Below are positions 25,852 to 35,160 of a stretch of DNA of 64,000 bases, piece after piece (the first letter of the stretch is position 1; each line of letters opens with the position of its first letter). The position numbers and the translations under genes were made by a program. This stretch comes from a virus: IMG/VR virus record IMGVR_UViG_3300042514_000542, positions 60,370-124,369 of that record; one strand, given 5' to 3'. The notes below the pieces were generated by a model that was given only the letters and a program-made list of their open reading frames with translations, did no database searches and had not been told where the DNA came from.

Positions 25852-26079
25852 TTAGAATGTAGTAATTTTAGAATTTCTCAATTCACAGGCAATGTCTCTT
25901 GTATCAACATTAACCCATACGCCCATAAATTGGTTTTTCCTAATGAACACCTGTTGTTGTCCACCAATCAAATGAAAACTCCCATCTGCGTTTCTAACTG
26001 CTGTTAAGTTAAAAACTTTAGGTGATTTTAATTGATCCTTATTACGCATCCATCGTTTGTCTCTTTTTGTCTTTGTCAT
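25852..26079 (-). CDS. hypothetical protein
   Basis: 75-aa ORF. Confidence 0.4.
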   Translation of the reverse strand: MTKTKRDKRWMRNKDQLKSPKVFNLTAVRNADGSFHLIGGQQQVFIRKNQFMGVWVNVDTRDIACELRNSKITTF

Positions 26080-26081
26080 AC

Positions 26082-26318
26082 TTATATGTTTTTATTTTTT
26101 ATACCGGGACCATTGAGAAGAAAGTCTTCCACTTCCATCATATTGATTTCATCATCAACCTCTTCCTTAAGTTTACCCAATTCCTTGAATAATTTATCGA
26201 GATTTTCGATGCTGTTTGTAGTAACATCGAAATTACTAATATCTGATATCAACTTGTTGGTTTTTTGTTTCAACTGTTCTATTCTGCCACCCGATTCTTG
26301 TTCTTTGTTCACTGTCAT
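26082..26318 (-). CDS. hypothetical protein
   Basis: 78-aa acidic ORF. Confidence 0.4.
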   Translation of the reverse strand: MTVNKEQESGGRIEQLKQKTNKLISDISNFDVTTNSIENLDKLFKELGKLKEEVDDEINMMEVEDFLLNGPGIKNKNI

Positions 26319-26346
26319 AAAGAATCTATCACACCAAAACGCTTTG

Positions 26347-27009
26347 TCAAGACGTTCTTTGATGGTCTAAAATTTGTATGGATTTTGTTGACATCACATC
26401 TTCAATTTCGGAAAAACTCCAGACACTATTCTTATAGTCCCAACCAACATCCAATCCTTTTTGATATTGTGCATCTGGTTTACGACCTTTATCTTGTAGG
26501 TGGGAATGTCCAGATAATTGCCAAGCCCCACGATTATCCTTGTGCCAAATCCTTAGAGGAAAGTGGTTCATAACAATAATCTGCGTTCCTATCATAATCT
26601 CTTGATGATTTCCTATGAAGGTAAGATTCTTATACTTCAATGGGTAAATCTCCACATCGACAATACCGTATTGTTCTACTATCTGTTCCTTATAAATCCT
26701 ATACATGTTGGATTCATGATTCCCCCACATGACATAAATATTCTTACAATTAAGTCTATCGATCCAACCATTACATTGACCATCGGTAGCATTTAGGAAA
26801 AAATCTCCAAGGAACCACAATGTATCATCCTCACCAACAGTATCATTAATCTCCCTAAGAGTTTGTTCTGCTGCTTCCTCTGCATTATTATATCCACGCA
26901 TTTCCCAAATAGGGGAAGTCCAAGTTTTTGGATCGTGGAAAACATGCCAATCACTACTCCAATAGTGTTTGTTCCTCTGGTCGTATGGGAATTTCAGTAT
27001 TTTGTGCAT
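26347..27009 (-). CDS. metallophosphoesterase (calcineurin-like)
   Basis: 220 aa with GDFF, GNHE and GHSH motifs. Confidence 0.6.
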   Translation of the reverse strand: MHKILKFPYDQRNKHYWSSDWHVFHDPKTWTSPIWEMRGYNNAEEAAEQTLREINDTVGEDDTLWFLGDFFLNATDGQCNGWIDRLNCKNIYVMWGNHESNMYRIYKEQIVEQYGIVDVEIYPLKYKNLTFIGNHQEIMIGTQIIVMNHFPLRIWHKDNRGAWQLSGHSHLQDKGRKPDAQYQKGLDVGWDYKNSVWSFSEIEDVMSTKSIQILDHQRTS

Positions 27010-27253
27010 TTTTTAAATAGTCTACAATTTCGTTTATTGATGATAGCCTATCAGAGACTTCATCATTGTCAATTACTATTAAAACAGGGGTTGACTTTAT
27101 TTTATATTTGGCATATAGATCACTATCCGTTTTACCCTCTTCGTATAATGAAATATAATCGTAGGGTATTCCTTCACTATCTAATCTTCTAAATAACATG
27201 AAGTCAACGCCCCAGCATTTATTGAGAAATAGTATATGATTACTGATATCCAT
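26954..27253 (-). CDS. hypothetical protein (possible thioredoxin/glutaredoxin fold)
   Basis: 99 aa; TPVLIVID resembles a glutaredoxin-type motif; overlaps the metallophosphoesterase start by 56 nt. Confidence 0.35.
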   Translation of the reverse strand: MDISNHILFLNKCWGVDFMLFRRLDSEGIPYDYISLYEEGKTDSDLYAKYKIKSTPVLIVIDNDEVSDRLSSINEIVDYLKNAQNTEIPIRPEEQTLLE

Positions 27254-27425
27254 CCTGATCTTCTAATTCCTCTTCTGTTATATCAGATAAATCAATACAT
27301 TTTCTATACATATCTATCAACCTTTGTGTTACCTCAAAGTATTCTTCAAAATATTTATTGTTAATATATAGAGACTTCATTTTAGTAAGCTCTCCAAATC
27401 TAGGTATAAGTTCATCCTTTTTCAT
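27240..27425 (-). CDS. hypothetical protein
   Basis: 61-aa ORF. Confidence 0.4.
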   Translation of the reverse strand: MKKDELIPRFGELTKMKSLYINNKYFEEYFEVTQRLIDMYRKCIDLSDITEEELEDQDGYQ

Positions 27426-27871
27426 AGCAGTTGTCCAATACGTTGTGAAATGATCTTGTTATCAATACTACCATTAGATAGCTCCAATGCCCTCTTAATG
27501 GCTTTACCCATGTCTTTCTTAGATGTAGCACCAACATCAGCGATAGCTGTTACAATGATATTCTCAACCTCTGCTTCGGTCAATGGTGCTGGTAGGTATT
27601 CATTAAGAATCTCAATCTCATCTTTTTCAATTTTGATAAGATCATCTCTCATAGAGCTTACATAAAGCTTCATTGCATCTTCTCTTGTAGAGACAGCTTT
27701 ACGAACAATACCAAGAATCTCCAATTCACTAACTGGTTCATCAATATTACCCTTAGCCAACGAAGCATTGGTTATAGAATTTTTCAATGCACGAAGAACA
27801 TTCAACCTAGTTGTGTCCTTATCACGCATTGCCTGTTTTAGATCTGTATTTATTTTATCAATCATACTCAA
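27422..27871 (-). CDS. GatB/YqeY-domain protein
   Basis: 149 aa matching the YqeY-like family. Confidence 0.55.
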   Translation of the reverse strand: MSMIDKINTDLKQAMRDKDTTRLNVLRALKNSITNASLAKGNIDEPVSELEILGIVRKAVSTREDAMKLYVSSMRDDLIKIEKDEIEILNEYLPAPLTEAEVENIIVTAIADVGATSKKDMGKAIKRALELSNGSIDNKIISQRIGQLL

Positions 27872-27893
27872 ATTATATTTCGGTTTTAATTAA
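27872..27893 (-). promoter_or_regulatory. cassette motif copy
   Basis: +strand ATTATATTTCGGTTTTAATTAA. Confidence 0.6.
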
Positions 27894-28114
27894 CGCTTTG
27901 GTGTGTATTGTTTTACACACTTATCACAAAGTTCTTCTTCCACTAGGGATACGAACAATGACGTATCATATCCCCTTGAATACATAAGATTAAATGCTGC
28001 CTGAATCCATTGTTGACGACTCTTAGCAAAGTCATTACGTTCTTGTTTAAGAACTCTGATGATTTCCGTCTTACTTAAGTCGGAAAGATCAGTCGGATGT
28101 TGTTCACATTTCAT
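27890..28114 (-). CDS. hypothetical protein
   Basis: 74-aa ORF. Confidence 0.45.
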   Translation of the reverse strand: MKCEQHPTDLSDLSKTEIIRVLKQERNDFAKSRQQWIQAAFNLMYSRGYDTSLFVSLVEEELCDKCVKQYTPKR

Positions 28115-28650
28115 TAGATCGCTACAGTGAACTTCTGACTATCAGAATAATTCTTTGAGTTAGGATCAATAAGATTAATCTTATCAAGAAACTCATAGAT
28201 ATCCTTACATGTATAAGGATATCCCTTAAGTCTCGATTGAATCATCTTAGTGGTCACAGCACCATTATTCTTAAGGTAAGAATAGATTTTCTTTTGAACA
28301 TCGACAGGAATGTTAGTAGACGCCATAGCGGTTTGAACCACAGCAGTAGGTGTAGATTGCGCTGGTGTAATTGTAGTAGGTGATGCTACACCAAATTGAT
28401 ATTCACGATACCCATTAGGATTGTGGGTTTCATTAACACCCTCTAAAATACCATTTTCTAGAAGTTCGAGGAATAGTTCCTTCACATCATCGTGATATAC
28501 ATAATTTTCCTGATATGATGTATCGAGTAAATATACAATATCATTAAGATTTTTTCTAATCACCTTAGTAATATCCCAGATCGAAAACTTAGTAGTTCCG
28601 AATGATTTGATTGCTATAAGGATGGCCGTTGTTGTTTGTATTGTCTTCAT
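28114..28650 (-). CDS. hypothetical protein
   Basis: 178-aa ORF. Confidence 0.5.
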   Translation of the reverse strand: MKTIQTTTAILIAIKSFGTTKFSIWDITKVIRKNLNDIVYLLDTSYQENYVYHDDVKELFLELLENGILEGVNETHNPNGYREYQFGVASPTTITPAQSTPTAVVQTAMASTNIPVDVQKKIYSYLKNNGAVTTKMIQSRLKGYPYTCKDIYEFLDKINLIDPNSKNYSDSQKFTVAI

Positions 28651-28654
28651 AATT

Positions 28655-29890
28655 TTATTTTACTTCTAATAGATATTTGATTCTGATTTGATTTCCATTA
28701 TAGACAATCAATTCGTCATTTAGGAAAGATGTGTTTTGTGGCAATGCCCAGCAGGAATCATATCCAGATGGTAATTGACTGAAAGTATGTTTTGTATAGT
28801 AAGGATTACCCATCACGAAGTCACAGATAAATAACCACCCACTATCACCCTTACCTTGACCCCATCTACCTAGAGTATACCCTAAACTTTTTGATGCTGT
28901 TTCAGATCCGTAAGTCCCGTTTCCAAAGGCTTTTCCGGCTATAGCGACAGTAGATGGTGGACTAGGTTGTAGACCACTTTTTAAAATACTGAGAATATTT
29001 GCGGAAGAACTTCCATGCCACACTTCCTTAACATTCACCGGATTCTTCACAAAGTTAGCATTGTAATCCACAATGTCAACCTCATAAATGTTGATAATTT
29101 TAACATGTTGATAATGATGCATTGGTTTATTCGTGCTATTATACCAATCTTGAATTTTCTTAATAACCTTGGGATCAGTCACCAGAGACATATTGAGATT
29201 GAATACCTTTTCAGTAGAAGGTTTAGTGGCATCAACAGGTGCTTTAAGTGCCATTTCAACACTGTTATCAAGAGCGTCCAATACATCAGATTCCTTCTTA
29301 ACTACATCAACATTTGGAAAGATATTCTCATATAATAATCCACCACCCTTTGGTCTTGGGATGATCTTAAGATAATCATCAATTTTTTGATTGAAATCAT
29401 CCTGACCATTCTTCTTAATGTTTTTGAAGAAGTAATCGAGTAGAATACGTGCCTCTGAGATACCCTCTTTGGTTACGATACCCAAGGGGGTTTGGAATAC
29501 ACCGTTATTGAAACTAATACTAGTTGAGTTGGTGATCTTATGGACATTGCTATCTGCAAGTCTCTTAACAAGAGTCTTAAGACTACTATCCGATAACTTA
29601 ATTTGTGATAAGGCGATATCCGCCAATGACGTATTAGCAATAACCTTATTGGTTACAGCACCTTCCATTAGGACTTTAGCATGAGTATAACCCTTACGTT
29701 CCTTCTCACGGATTTTCTTATCAAAAAATGACTTACCAACACATCCGAAATCCTTTGATTGTGGGTTCTTTGCCCCAACTACACCAAATTCCGCCATAAC
29801 TCTTCCGTCGTCATGTAATTCGGCTTGCCAAAACTTATATGAGTTAGCTTTTAAGTCTGAGAAAACGAGCTTTACTTTTTCTTTTATCAT
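28655..29890 (-). CDS. poly(ADP-ribose) polymerase-like protein (WGR domain + PARP catalytic domain)
   Basis: N-terminal WGR-like YKFWQAEL...FGVVG. C-terminal VWHGSSSANILSILKSGL...TYGSE...IVYNGNQIRIKYLLEVK aligns with the eukaryotic PARP1 catalytic core (LWHGS...IVYDIAQVNLKYLLKLKF) recalled from memory. Confidence 0.65.
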   Translation of the reverse strand: MIKEKVKLVFSDLKANSYKFWQAELHDDGRVMAEFGVVGAKNPQSKDFGCVGKSFFDKKIREKERKGYTHAKVLMEGAVTNKVIANTSLADIALSQIKLSDSSLKTLVKRLADSNVHKITNSTSISFNNGVFQTPLGIVTKEGISEARILLDYFFKNIKKNGQDDFNQKIDDYLKIIPRPKGGGLLYENIFPNVDVVKKESDVLDALDNSVEMALKAPVDATKPSTEKVFNLNMSLVTDPKVIKKIQDWYNSTNKPMHHYQHVKIINIYEVDIVDYNANFVKNPVNVKEVWHGSSSANILSILKSGLQPSPPSTVAIAGKAFGNGTYGSETASKSLGYTLGRWGQGKGDSGWLFICDFVMGNPYYTKHTFSQLPSGYDSCWALPQNTSFLNDELIVYNGNQIRIKYLLEVK

Positions 29891-30171
29891 TAGTATGATT
29901 GTATTTCGGTTTTAATTATTCTTTCTATAACCCACTGTTGATATTGATATCCATCTTTTTGCGGATCATACAAATCATCATTATCAATACAATTCCATGT
30001 GTCTCCGACACGAATAGGAGTAAAACTTAAAAGATCGTTATATGTGTAAGTTAGACCATCACATAAGTTATTTGCGCATGAATACCTATCGGAAGATTCA
30101 TATATACGAATATTCTTTGGAATGTCCGATAACACTATACCGTATACCTTTTCGTGTTCATCCCATGTCAT
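29890..30171 (-). CDS. hypothetical protein
   Basis: 93-aa ORF. Confidence 0.45.
   Translation of the reverse strand: MTWDEHEKVYGIVLSDIPKNIRIYESSDRYSCANNLCDGLTYTYNDLLSFTPIRVGDTWNCIDNDDLYDPQKDGYQYQQWVIERIIKTEIQSY
29898..29919 (-). promoter_or_regulatory. cassette motif copy
   Basis: +strand ATTGTATTTCGGTTTTAATTAT. Confidence 0.6.
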
Positions 30172-31250
30172 AAGTCTAATAGTTGTTCCATTGCCACTTT
30201 CACAAGTTTATCTTCAACCACTCTATCATCAAGTAGACAGAATGCCAATGATGTTTGCCAAGCCTTGAATCTACCAGTGATATATAGTGCCTGTTCCTTA
30301 CGGGTTTCCAAAAGCTTAATATGATTCTTAAGTTCGTATTCTATAATATTGAGAGTATGAACATACTTACCATAAGATTCTGTGACCTTACCGATAAAGT
30401 CCTTACACTTCTCCGCAATTTCGAAATCAAGTGTCGTTTCGATGTAATTATAGAATTCCTTCTCTTCTACAAACTTAGGTGAAGCCAAGAACACATCAAG
30501 AACTTGCTTGATGCCTTTGATACCAGTAGCAAGCTTGTGGAGTTCACAGTATTCATCTGCCTTGATCTTCTTTAATGTTTGACCATCAGGTGAATATAAC
30601 ACTACGCCTTCTTTACCAGTCCATGCTGCAACATCAAGGATACATTCTTCGACAGAATTATATTCATACTTTTCAGGACGATTAACTCCAAACATTTTAG
30701 ATGAACCATCCAATGCGGCTTGATTTGCATATCTCATTGTGCGGTGTCCCACAATACCAACCAAAGTTAAAGTAGGTTCATCATGTTCACGAAGAACAAT
30801 AATGTTTGAAGGAGTGGTCCATTCAAATAACAATGATGATATCCCAGCATCCAACCAATTATTATCAAATGCCTTTGGATACTTCTTTATAAGAAGATCA
30901 ATCTCATGACCATTAGCCATTTGACGAGCATCAACAGTTCCACGGGTTCTTATGATAAGTTCCCCTTTATACTTTGAAACGATTAATAAACTTCCGTCTA
31001 ATTTATGTCGCGCTTCGATCTTCCATGAGTTGTCCCAAGGTTGAAAATCAGGACGCTCACCAAAGTTAGTGAACTTGGCAAAACCTTGTGATACTACAAA
31101 GTTATCAGACTTACGAACAATACAAGAACGGAATCGTGCATTGTCATCAAACCACTTCGTAGCCATATCGACAGGGTTGATCAACCAACATTCATCTCCT
31201 GCTATGGTGCAGTCTTTGAATTTGAATTGTTCTGGATCGGGTAACTTCAT
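30168..31250 (-). CDS. rnlA: RNA ligase 1 (T4 RnlA-like)
   Basis: 360 aa; motif I HKLDGSL (T4 Rnl1 KEDGSL); size matches Rnl1. Confidence 0.55.
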   Translation of the reverse strand: MKLPDPEQFKFKDCTIAGDECWLINPVDMATKWFDDNARFRSCIVRKSDNFVVSQGFAKFTNFGERPDFQPWDNSWKIEARHKLDGSLLIVSKYKGELIIRTRGTVDARQMANGHEIDLLIKKYPKAFDNNWLDAGISSLLFEWTTPSNIIVLREHDEPTLTLVGIVGHRTMRYANQAALDGSSKMFGVNRPEKYEYNSVEECILDVAAWTGKEGVVLYSPDGQTLKKIKADEYCELHKLATGIKGIKQVLDVFLASPKFVEEKEFYNYIETTLDFEIAEKCKDFIGKVTESYGKYVHTLNIIEYELKNHIKLLETRKEQALYITGRFKAWQTSLAFCLLDDRVVEDKLVKVAMEQLLDL

Positions 31251-31432
31251 AGTCTTTTGTATTCTTTTAATAATTCCTTCGCGGCATGTTCTATATCGGG
31301 ATTAAGCCAATCCCGATTTTGAGGTAAATCGTCAATAATAGCTTTCAACAATAACAGACACTCATCAAAATCTTTGTTGCGTTTCGTAATCAATAATTCC
31401 TTATATTCCTCGAATATATTATTCATATGGTA

Positions 31433-31454
31433 AGTATACTTCGGTTTTAATTAA
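31433..31454 (-). promoter_or_regulatory. cassette motif copy
   Basis: +strand AGTATACTTCGGTTTTAATTAA; serves a ~58-aa ORF at ~31255..31428. Confidence 0.55.
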
Positions 31455-31457
31455 TGG

Positions 31458-31490
31458 ACTTACTTGGAAATTTCAACCTCCAAGTAAGTT
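31458..31490 (-). other. perfect 10-bp inverted repeat hairpin downstream of the SPFH gene
   Basis: CTTACTTGGA..TCCAAGTAAG; no U-tract follows on the minus strand, so not a canonical intrinsic terminator. Confidence 0.35.
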
Positions 31491-31495
31491 AAGTT

Positions 31496-32467
31496 TTATT
31501 TCAATTGCATTAGCATATTGGTAGCGTCACCTGTAATCATAGTAGGTGTCTTACCATCCCACTTCTTAACAGCATCAGCCAGAGCATTAGCCTTAATCAT
31601 TTCAATTTCAATATCAACAAGTTTCTTACGTTCTTCGGCAGCAGCAGAGAACTCAATAGCTTGTGCTTTCTGACCTTCGGCTTCTGACAATAGGCGTTTA
31701 TTGATTTCAAGTTGTTGTGCAGTTCTTTGTTTCTCACGCTCAACTTCCATTTCTGCAACATAAGCATCATTAATAGCCTTTTGAATTTCTGGTTGTTCAA
31801 AGAACAGACCTTCAGCAAGACCAATGGATGTAATGGTAATACCATACTTCTTGAAATGTTCAGTGACTTGAGTTTTCAAGGCTTCTGTAATTTCATTTTT
31901 CTCAGATTTACTTTCTTGTAGGGATCTTGATGCAAATTCTTGTGATAGAACTGTGTGAACTCGCTCACGGACATTTTGATCCATAATAGTTGTTAGATCA
32001 CCACCACGATAGTAGTATAGATAAGTCGCTGTATCAGCTTCTTCTACGTGTGCTGATGCGTTAATACCAACACTGAATCCAATAGAATCCCTAGATTCAA
32101 CACCGAAAGTTTTTTCGGATAGATTTATCCTATTACCAGTAGGTTCGGTAATCCAATTTCGAGTAACAGGACTTCTATTAACGGTAATAACCCTAACGGT
32201 TGGAATCCATTCAATACTATGTCCCCATCTACCTACTTGTCTTTCCCTTTGAGGAATTACAATTCGTTTTGCGGCTACCTGATTTTCTTGTAGAAATTCA
32301 ATACTTTCCAATTTCTCCTGATTCTCTGTTCCCATTTCAAGGGGGATTACAAATGCAGTTTCATTGGGTTCAATTTCTACGATTGGGTCAACTCGAACTG
32401 GTTTCATACAAGATGATTGCATAATTACCAGTGCGGCTAGTGTCATTGTTATTAGTGTTTTCTTCAT
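31496..32467 (-). CDS. SPFH/band-7 (stomatin/HflK-like) lipoprotein
   Basis: Signal peptide with lipobox ...IMQSSC; band-7-like coiled region. Confidence 0.5.
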   Translation of the reverse strand: MKKTLITMTLAALVIMQSSCMKPVRVDPIVEIEPNETAFVIPLEMGTENQEKLESIEFLQENQVAAKRIVIPQRERQVGRWGHSIEWIPTVRVITVNRSPVTRNWITEPTGNRINLSEKTFGVESRDSIGFSVGINASAHVEEADTATYLYYYRGGDLTTIMDQNVRERVHTVLSQEFASRSLQESKSEKNEITEALKTQVTEHFKKYGITITSIGLAEGLFFEQPEIQKAINDAYVAEMEVEREKQRTAQQLEINKRLLSEAEGQKAQAIEFSAAAEERKKLVDIEIEMIKANALADAVKKWDGKTPTMITGDATNMLMQLK

Positions 32468-32468
32468 A

Positions 32469-32717
32469 TTATTTCTGTTTTGTTTTTGGTTTGATAATTC
32501 GAACTACGAATAGTCCATAGAAGACAACAGCAGCAACCTTTACCGCTGTTTGTGTGGTTTGCCAAAATTGGTATTCGGCTCTTGCAGCTTGATAATCAAA
32601 TCCCTTAAGGACTTGCTTTGATGCTGCGATTGCAGATTCCCCTTCGAAAAACCATCCGAAGTTGAAGCTGATTATAGTCAGTAATACTGCTATTGTCAAG
32701 TATATATATTTTGTCAT
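32469..32717 (-). CDS. small membrane protein (possible NfeD-like partner of the SPFH protein)
   Basis: 82 aa with two TM helices, directly downstream of the SPFH gene. Confidence 0.4.
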   Translation of the reverse strand: MTKYIYLTIAVLLTIISFNFGWFFEGESAIAASKQVLKGFDYQAARAEYQFWQTTQTAVKVAAVVFYGLFVVRIIKPKTKQK

Positions 32718-32892
32718 ATTTTGTATTGTTAAATGTCTTTCCAGATCAAGCCTTTTCTGAATTTCGTAATTAGTTCTTTTTCCTTAGCTGTCATTACTCT
32801 CTTCTTACTCTTGAATCGAGTAGTCATAGAATCCTTCACAAGACTCTTGGTGTTCATGTGAAAGGTTTTACCCATTGTGTAATATTGTGGCA

Positions 32893-33306
32893 TTATCTTA
32901 GCTTAAGAGACTGTTTAATATTATTCTCATGTCTTTCAAGAATTTCTTCTCCCACACCATGAACGTTCTTACCACCATGACGATTTTCAACCACTAGGAA
33001 TATAACATCCGCATCAAAGTTTTTAGCCTCTTTTTCATAATAGGTAAAATCATTAACTTTGGTATTAGTATTATTCACGATGATATCAGTTACAGTGGAT
33101 TCCTTAAGAGCTTCTTTGAAATTATACATACAAACACTATGGGCATGTGCAAGTTTATTAACATCCCAATTATAATTTCCATCCTTATCAGTAAAGAAAT
33201 CATCAGCACTAACAGAAACCCATCCAATATTTCGAGTAAGTTTTGTGGTTACAAAATCCTTACCAGCACCGGAACATCCTCTCAAAATCCATACAGTTTT
33301 TTTCAT
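32893..33306 (-). CDS. pnk: polynucleotide kinase-like P-loop kinase (T4 Pnk kinase-domain-like)
   Basis: MKKTVWILRGCSGAGKD resembles the T4 Pnk N-terminus MKKIILTIGCPGSGKS; 137 aa, no phosphatase domain. Confidence 0.5.
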   Translation of the reverse strand: MKKTVWILRGCSGAGKDFVTTKLTRNIGWVSVSADDFFTDKDGNYNWDVNKLAHAHSVCMYNFKEALKESTVTDIIVNNTNTKVNDFTYYEKEAKNFDADVIFLVVENRHGGKNVHGVGEEILERHENNIKQSLKLR

Positions 33307-33310
33307 ATTA

Positions 33311-33748
33311 TTATTTCTTAATTTCTATCATTTTAGGCCAATCTGGAAATACCGAATTGTTTTTTCCGTTCGCCACTGTTAAATGTAATCCTCTATAGTT
33401 TTCACCATCAACAATACCTAATTTCTTTTTCATCTGATCAAGGTCTTCAGAAAAGACCTTGAGGTAATACATAAGGAATCCTTTACGATAACCACCTTCA
33501 ATCAAGTAAGGATCATAAGTAAATTCAAACTCTTTCTTATCATACCACATAGCCTTTTTCCAGTTGACTTTGGTATGATGTTTTTGTGAGAAGATTGTAA
33601 TGTGACTTCCATGCCTGGGAGTTCCCATACGAATCCAATAGTGAGTTGAAATAAACCAATAGTAAAGCTTAACGAAATCAGGCGACACATCAAGGACGAT
33701 ACGACCTTTGTGTGGCTCAACTGAAATTTTCCCAATAGCGGTTAACAT
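33311..33748 (-). CDS. 2H phosphoesterase (LigT/cyclic phosphodiesterase-like)
   Basis: Two H-x-T-x motifs (GSHITIF, GLHLTVA) typical of the 2H superfamily. Confidence 0.5.
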   Translation of the reverse strand: MLTAIGKISVEPHKGRIVLDVSPDFVKLYYWFISTHYWIRMGTPRHGSHITIFSQKHHTKVNWKKAMWYDKKEFEFTYDPYLIEGGYRKGFLMYYLKVFSEDLDQMKKKLGIVDGENYRGLHLTVANGKNNSVFPDWPKMIEIKK

Positions 33749-33754
33749 AGGGTT

Positions 33755-33776
33755 AGTGTATTTCGGTTTTAATTAA
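33755..33776 (-). promoter_or_regulatory. cassette motif copy
   Basis: +strand AGTGTATTTCGGTTTTAATTAA. Confidence 0.6.
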
Positions 33777-34485
33777 TTCTTTCTTTAGCTATGTTAAAAT
33801 ACTCTTCGGATATCTCACTACCTATAAAGTTCATATTCATTTCTTTAGCAACTTTTCCAGTAGTTCCAGTTCCCATGAATGGGTCATATACAGTATCACC
33901 ATCAGCACCAAATCTGCGAAGTATTCTTTCAACTAATTGTTCTGGAAATGTTGCCCCATGTCCTTTGATTCTTTTACCTCTGGGTATTTCCCAAATATTA
34001 GGTTCAGTTCCACGACCAAAGTTACATTTAGAAAACATTCTACTTATAGCCTTCTCTTCGTCTTCAAATATTAGAAGTAATTCTGTTCTACTATTTAAAA
34101 CATTGGATTGCATTGCGGGTTGACCATGACCCTTATCCCAAACTATAATGTCTTTTAAGTTATCGGAAAAGTCTCCAATCATCTTAAAAAATGCTCTCTT
34201 ACTTCCAGTGACAATTTGAATATTGTAAAAAACAATATCACCAACCCTTATAAGTTCCTTTAGGATAGAACTGTGTAATTCATAAAATTCTTCAATTGGT
34301 AGGTTATCAGAAAATCCATTATACTTTGTTGAGAATTCTTTAGTTACCTGTCTTGAGCAATACTTACCATTCATAATACGAAGATTCATATTGTATGGTG
34401 GTGAAGTTACAACAATATCTATAGACTTGTCATCCATTCTAGATAAAGTATCTAGACAACTCTCATTATGTAGTATGGTCAACAT
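33769..34485 (-). CDS. DNA methyltransferase (N6-adenine/N4-cytosine, beta-class)
   Basis: DIVVTSPPY motif IV; 238 aa. Confidence 0.6.
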   Translation of the reverse strand: MLTILHNESCLDTLSRMDDKSIDIVVTSPPYNMNLRIMNGKYCSRQVTKEFSTKYNGFSDNLPIEEFYELHSSILKELIRVGDIVFYNIQIVTGSKRAFFKMIGDFSDNLKDIIVWDKGHGQPAMQSNVLNSRTELLLIFEDEEKAISRMFSKCNFGRGTEPNIWEIPRGKRIKGHGATFPEQLVERILRRFGADGDTVYDPFMGTGTTGKVAKEMNMNFIGSEISEEYFNIAKERIN

Positions 34486-34491
34486 GATCTT

Positions 34492-34513
34492 ATTATATTT
34501 CGGTTTTAATTAA
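34492..34513 (-). promoter_or_regulatory. cassette motif copy
   Basis: +strand ATTATATTTCGGTTTTAATTAA. Confidence 0.6.
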
Positions 34514-35157
34514 TTCTTTGTTGTTAAAGGTGTCAGTCCACTCAATCCTGTTACAGTGTCTATTAAAAACACTTCACCATTTCTGGGATTTTTATATCTC
34601 TCGAAATCCTTTACAGACCATCCCAAGAGATACATTAAATAAAGCTTGTTAAACTCTCCGTGAGCTACCACAATATTGTGTTCATACTTACTAGTAGCTA
34701 GAATATGTTGATGGAACAATACTGCGCGTTGGTAACAGTCGGCAAACGACTCACCACCAGAAGGACGGTAATAGAAATTGAAATGTGATTCTGTTTTATT
34801 TCCCATTTCAACAATATCCCTAAGATTACCCCATTCTCTTTCACGTATCAGGGGCAATTCTTCAAATTTATTAATTTGATAGTTTTGATAACCCGTGATC
34901 CTACCATGTAGGATATTTGCTGTTTGGTATGCCCTCTTATAAGAACTATGATATAAATTAAAATTACATCTGGGTTCTCTAGGTGGATTGTCTGATTTAG
35001 CGTCATGTTCAACCAAACTCATAATATCATCAGCCGCATTAATAGCATCATCCTTTCCTCGTTCAGCCAATTCAATATCACAATCTAGATTTCTAAAATA
35101 TTCAGATTTATCGATATTCCCCTTCGACAATCCGTGTCTAACTAAGTAAATTTTCAT
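34510..35157 (-). CDS. histidine phosphatase superfamily protein (phosphoglycerate-mutase-like)
   Basis: N-terminal LVRHGLSKGN (RHG catalytic motif); 215 aa. Confidence 0.55.
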   Translation of the reverse strand: MKIYLVRHGLSKGNIDKSEYFRNLDCDIELAERGKDDAINAADDIMSLVEHDAKSDNPPREPRCNFNLYHSSYKRAYQTANILHGRITGYQNYQINKFEELPLIREREWGNLRDIVEMGNKTESHFNFYYRPSGGESFADCYQRAVLFHQHILATSKYEHNIVVAHGEFNKLYLMYLLGWSVKDFERYKNPRNGEVFLIDTVTGLSGLTPLTTKN

Positions 35158-35160
35158 ATT

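Noticed and set aside
31458-31490. Intrinsic terminator call for the perfect 10-bp hairpin after the SPFH gene
   Set aside because: No U-tract follows on the transcribed strand; kept only as a hairpin of unknown role.
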